Source: a virus (taxonomy: Duplodnaviria > Caudoviricetes). From it: a stretch of DNA of 64,000 bases. Numbering within the stretch: the stretch's first letter is position 1; every line of letters begins with the position of its first letter. The DNA lies in the IMG/VR virus record IMGVR_UViG_3300033463_000013, positions 64,001 to 128,000 of that record; one strand, written 5' to 3'. The position numbers and the translations under genes were made by a program. Below are positions 63,648 to 64,000 of the stretch, piece by piece. The notes under the pieces were generated by a model. It did no database searches. It worked only from the letters and a program-made list of their open reading frames with translations, and was not told where the DNA came from.

Positions 63648-64000
63648 TTATCTTACTTTTATTCTATGTTTAAAAAGTTCTTCAAAAACTTCCTTGCCTT
63701 TATCAAATGGAGAATCTTTATATCCTAAAAGATTATCCATATCCCATATATAATAAAAAGTTGCTTGGCCCTTATATTTATTACATAGATTTTCTATTTT
63801 TGTTCTATATTCTCTAGCTTCATTAGAACGCCAATCTTCATATTCTTTATCAAATGCAATTGTTATTTCGTTTGCGCCTAATACATTAGTTAATAGACTA
63901 ACTTGAAACTTATTTACATTTGAACCGCAGCAAGCAACTGTATTACTAAAATCATTATAATATCCATCATCAAGCAGAACAGATTTTTCACCTTCTGCTA
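63648..64000 (-). CDS. DNA primase, C-terminal part (TOPRIM), truncated by the window edge
   Basis: Manual translation AEGEKSVL...VACCGS...IAFDKEY...KDSPFDKG; ends TAA at 63650-63648. Confidence 0.85.
   Translation of the reverse strand, partial: AEGEKSVLLDDGYYNDFSNTVACCGSNVNKFQVSLLTNVLGANEITIAFDKEYEDWRSNEAREYRTKIENLCNKYKGQATFYYIWDMDNLLGYKDSPFDKGKEVFEELFKHRIKVR

Noticed and set aside
1-64000. Amber suppressor tRNA or release factor gene
   Set aside because: No cloverleaf with a CUA anticodon and no RF-like ORF was recognised by eye. It may lie outside the window; tRNAscan-SE is needed.

Overview
The window is part of a large tailed-phage genome (long non-contractile tail architecture, gene order resembling the SPbeta yon/yom block; sigmaA-type promoters, GGAGG RBSs and anaerobic RNR point to an anaerobic Bacillota host). 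It has three blocks. (1) 1-11.4 kb, minus strand: about 30 small unknown early genes built as self-contained cassettes. 22 near-consensus sigmaA promoters each carry the same 22-23 bp palindrome (ATTTAGGTG-N4/5-CACCTAAAT) fixed 7+/-1 bp upstream of the -35 box. Two cassettes appear to make structured non-coding RNAs, and a GC-rich end block (about 9-11.5 kb) carries only half-sites next to its RBSs. (2) 11.6-49.06 kb, plus strand: packaging, head and tail genes. The ORF track fragments them because TAG is read as glutamine (translation table 15); with read-through they become intact genes, including a tape measure protein of about 5,200 aa. (3) 49.1-64 kb, minus strand: replication and nucleotide genes (primase, RecJ-like, DnaE, nrdD/nrdG, a formate/nitrite channel, dUTPase, GIY-YIG, RuvC). 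TAG use is gene-specific. It is absent from early genes, core replication genes and high-copy virion proteins, and dense in low-copy assembly genes and in two nucleases inside an otherwise TAG-free operon. No gene I translated uses TAG as its stop. No suppressor tRNA, lysis gene or recombinase was recognised in the window. All calls come from manual translation and motif recognition; no database searches were run.
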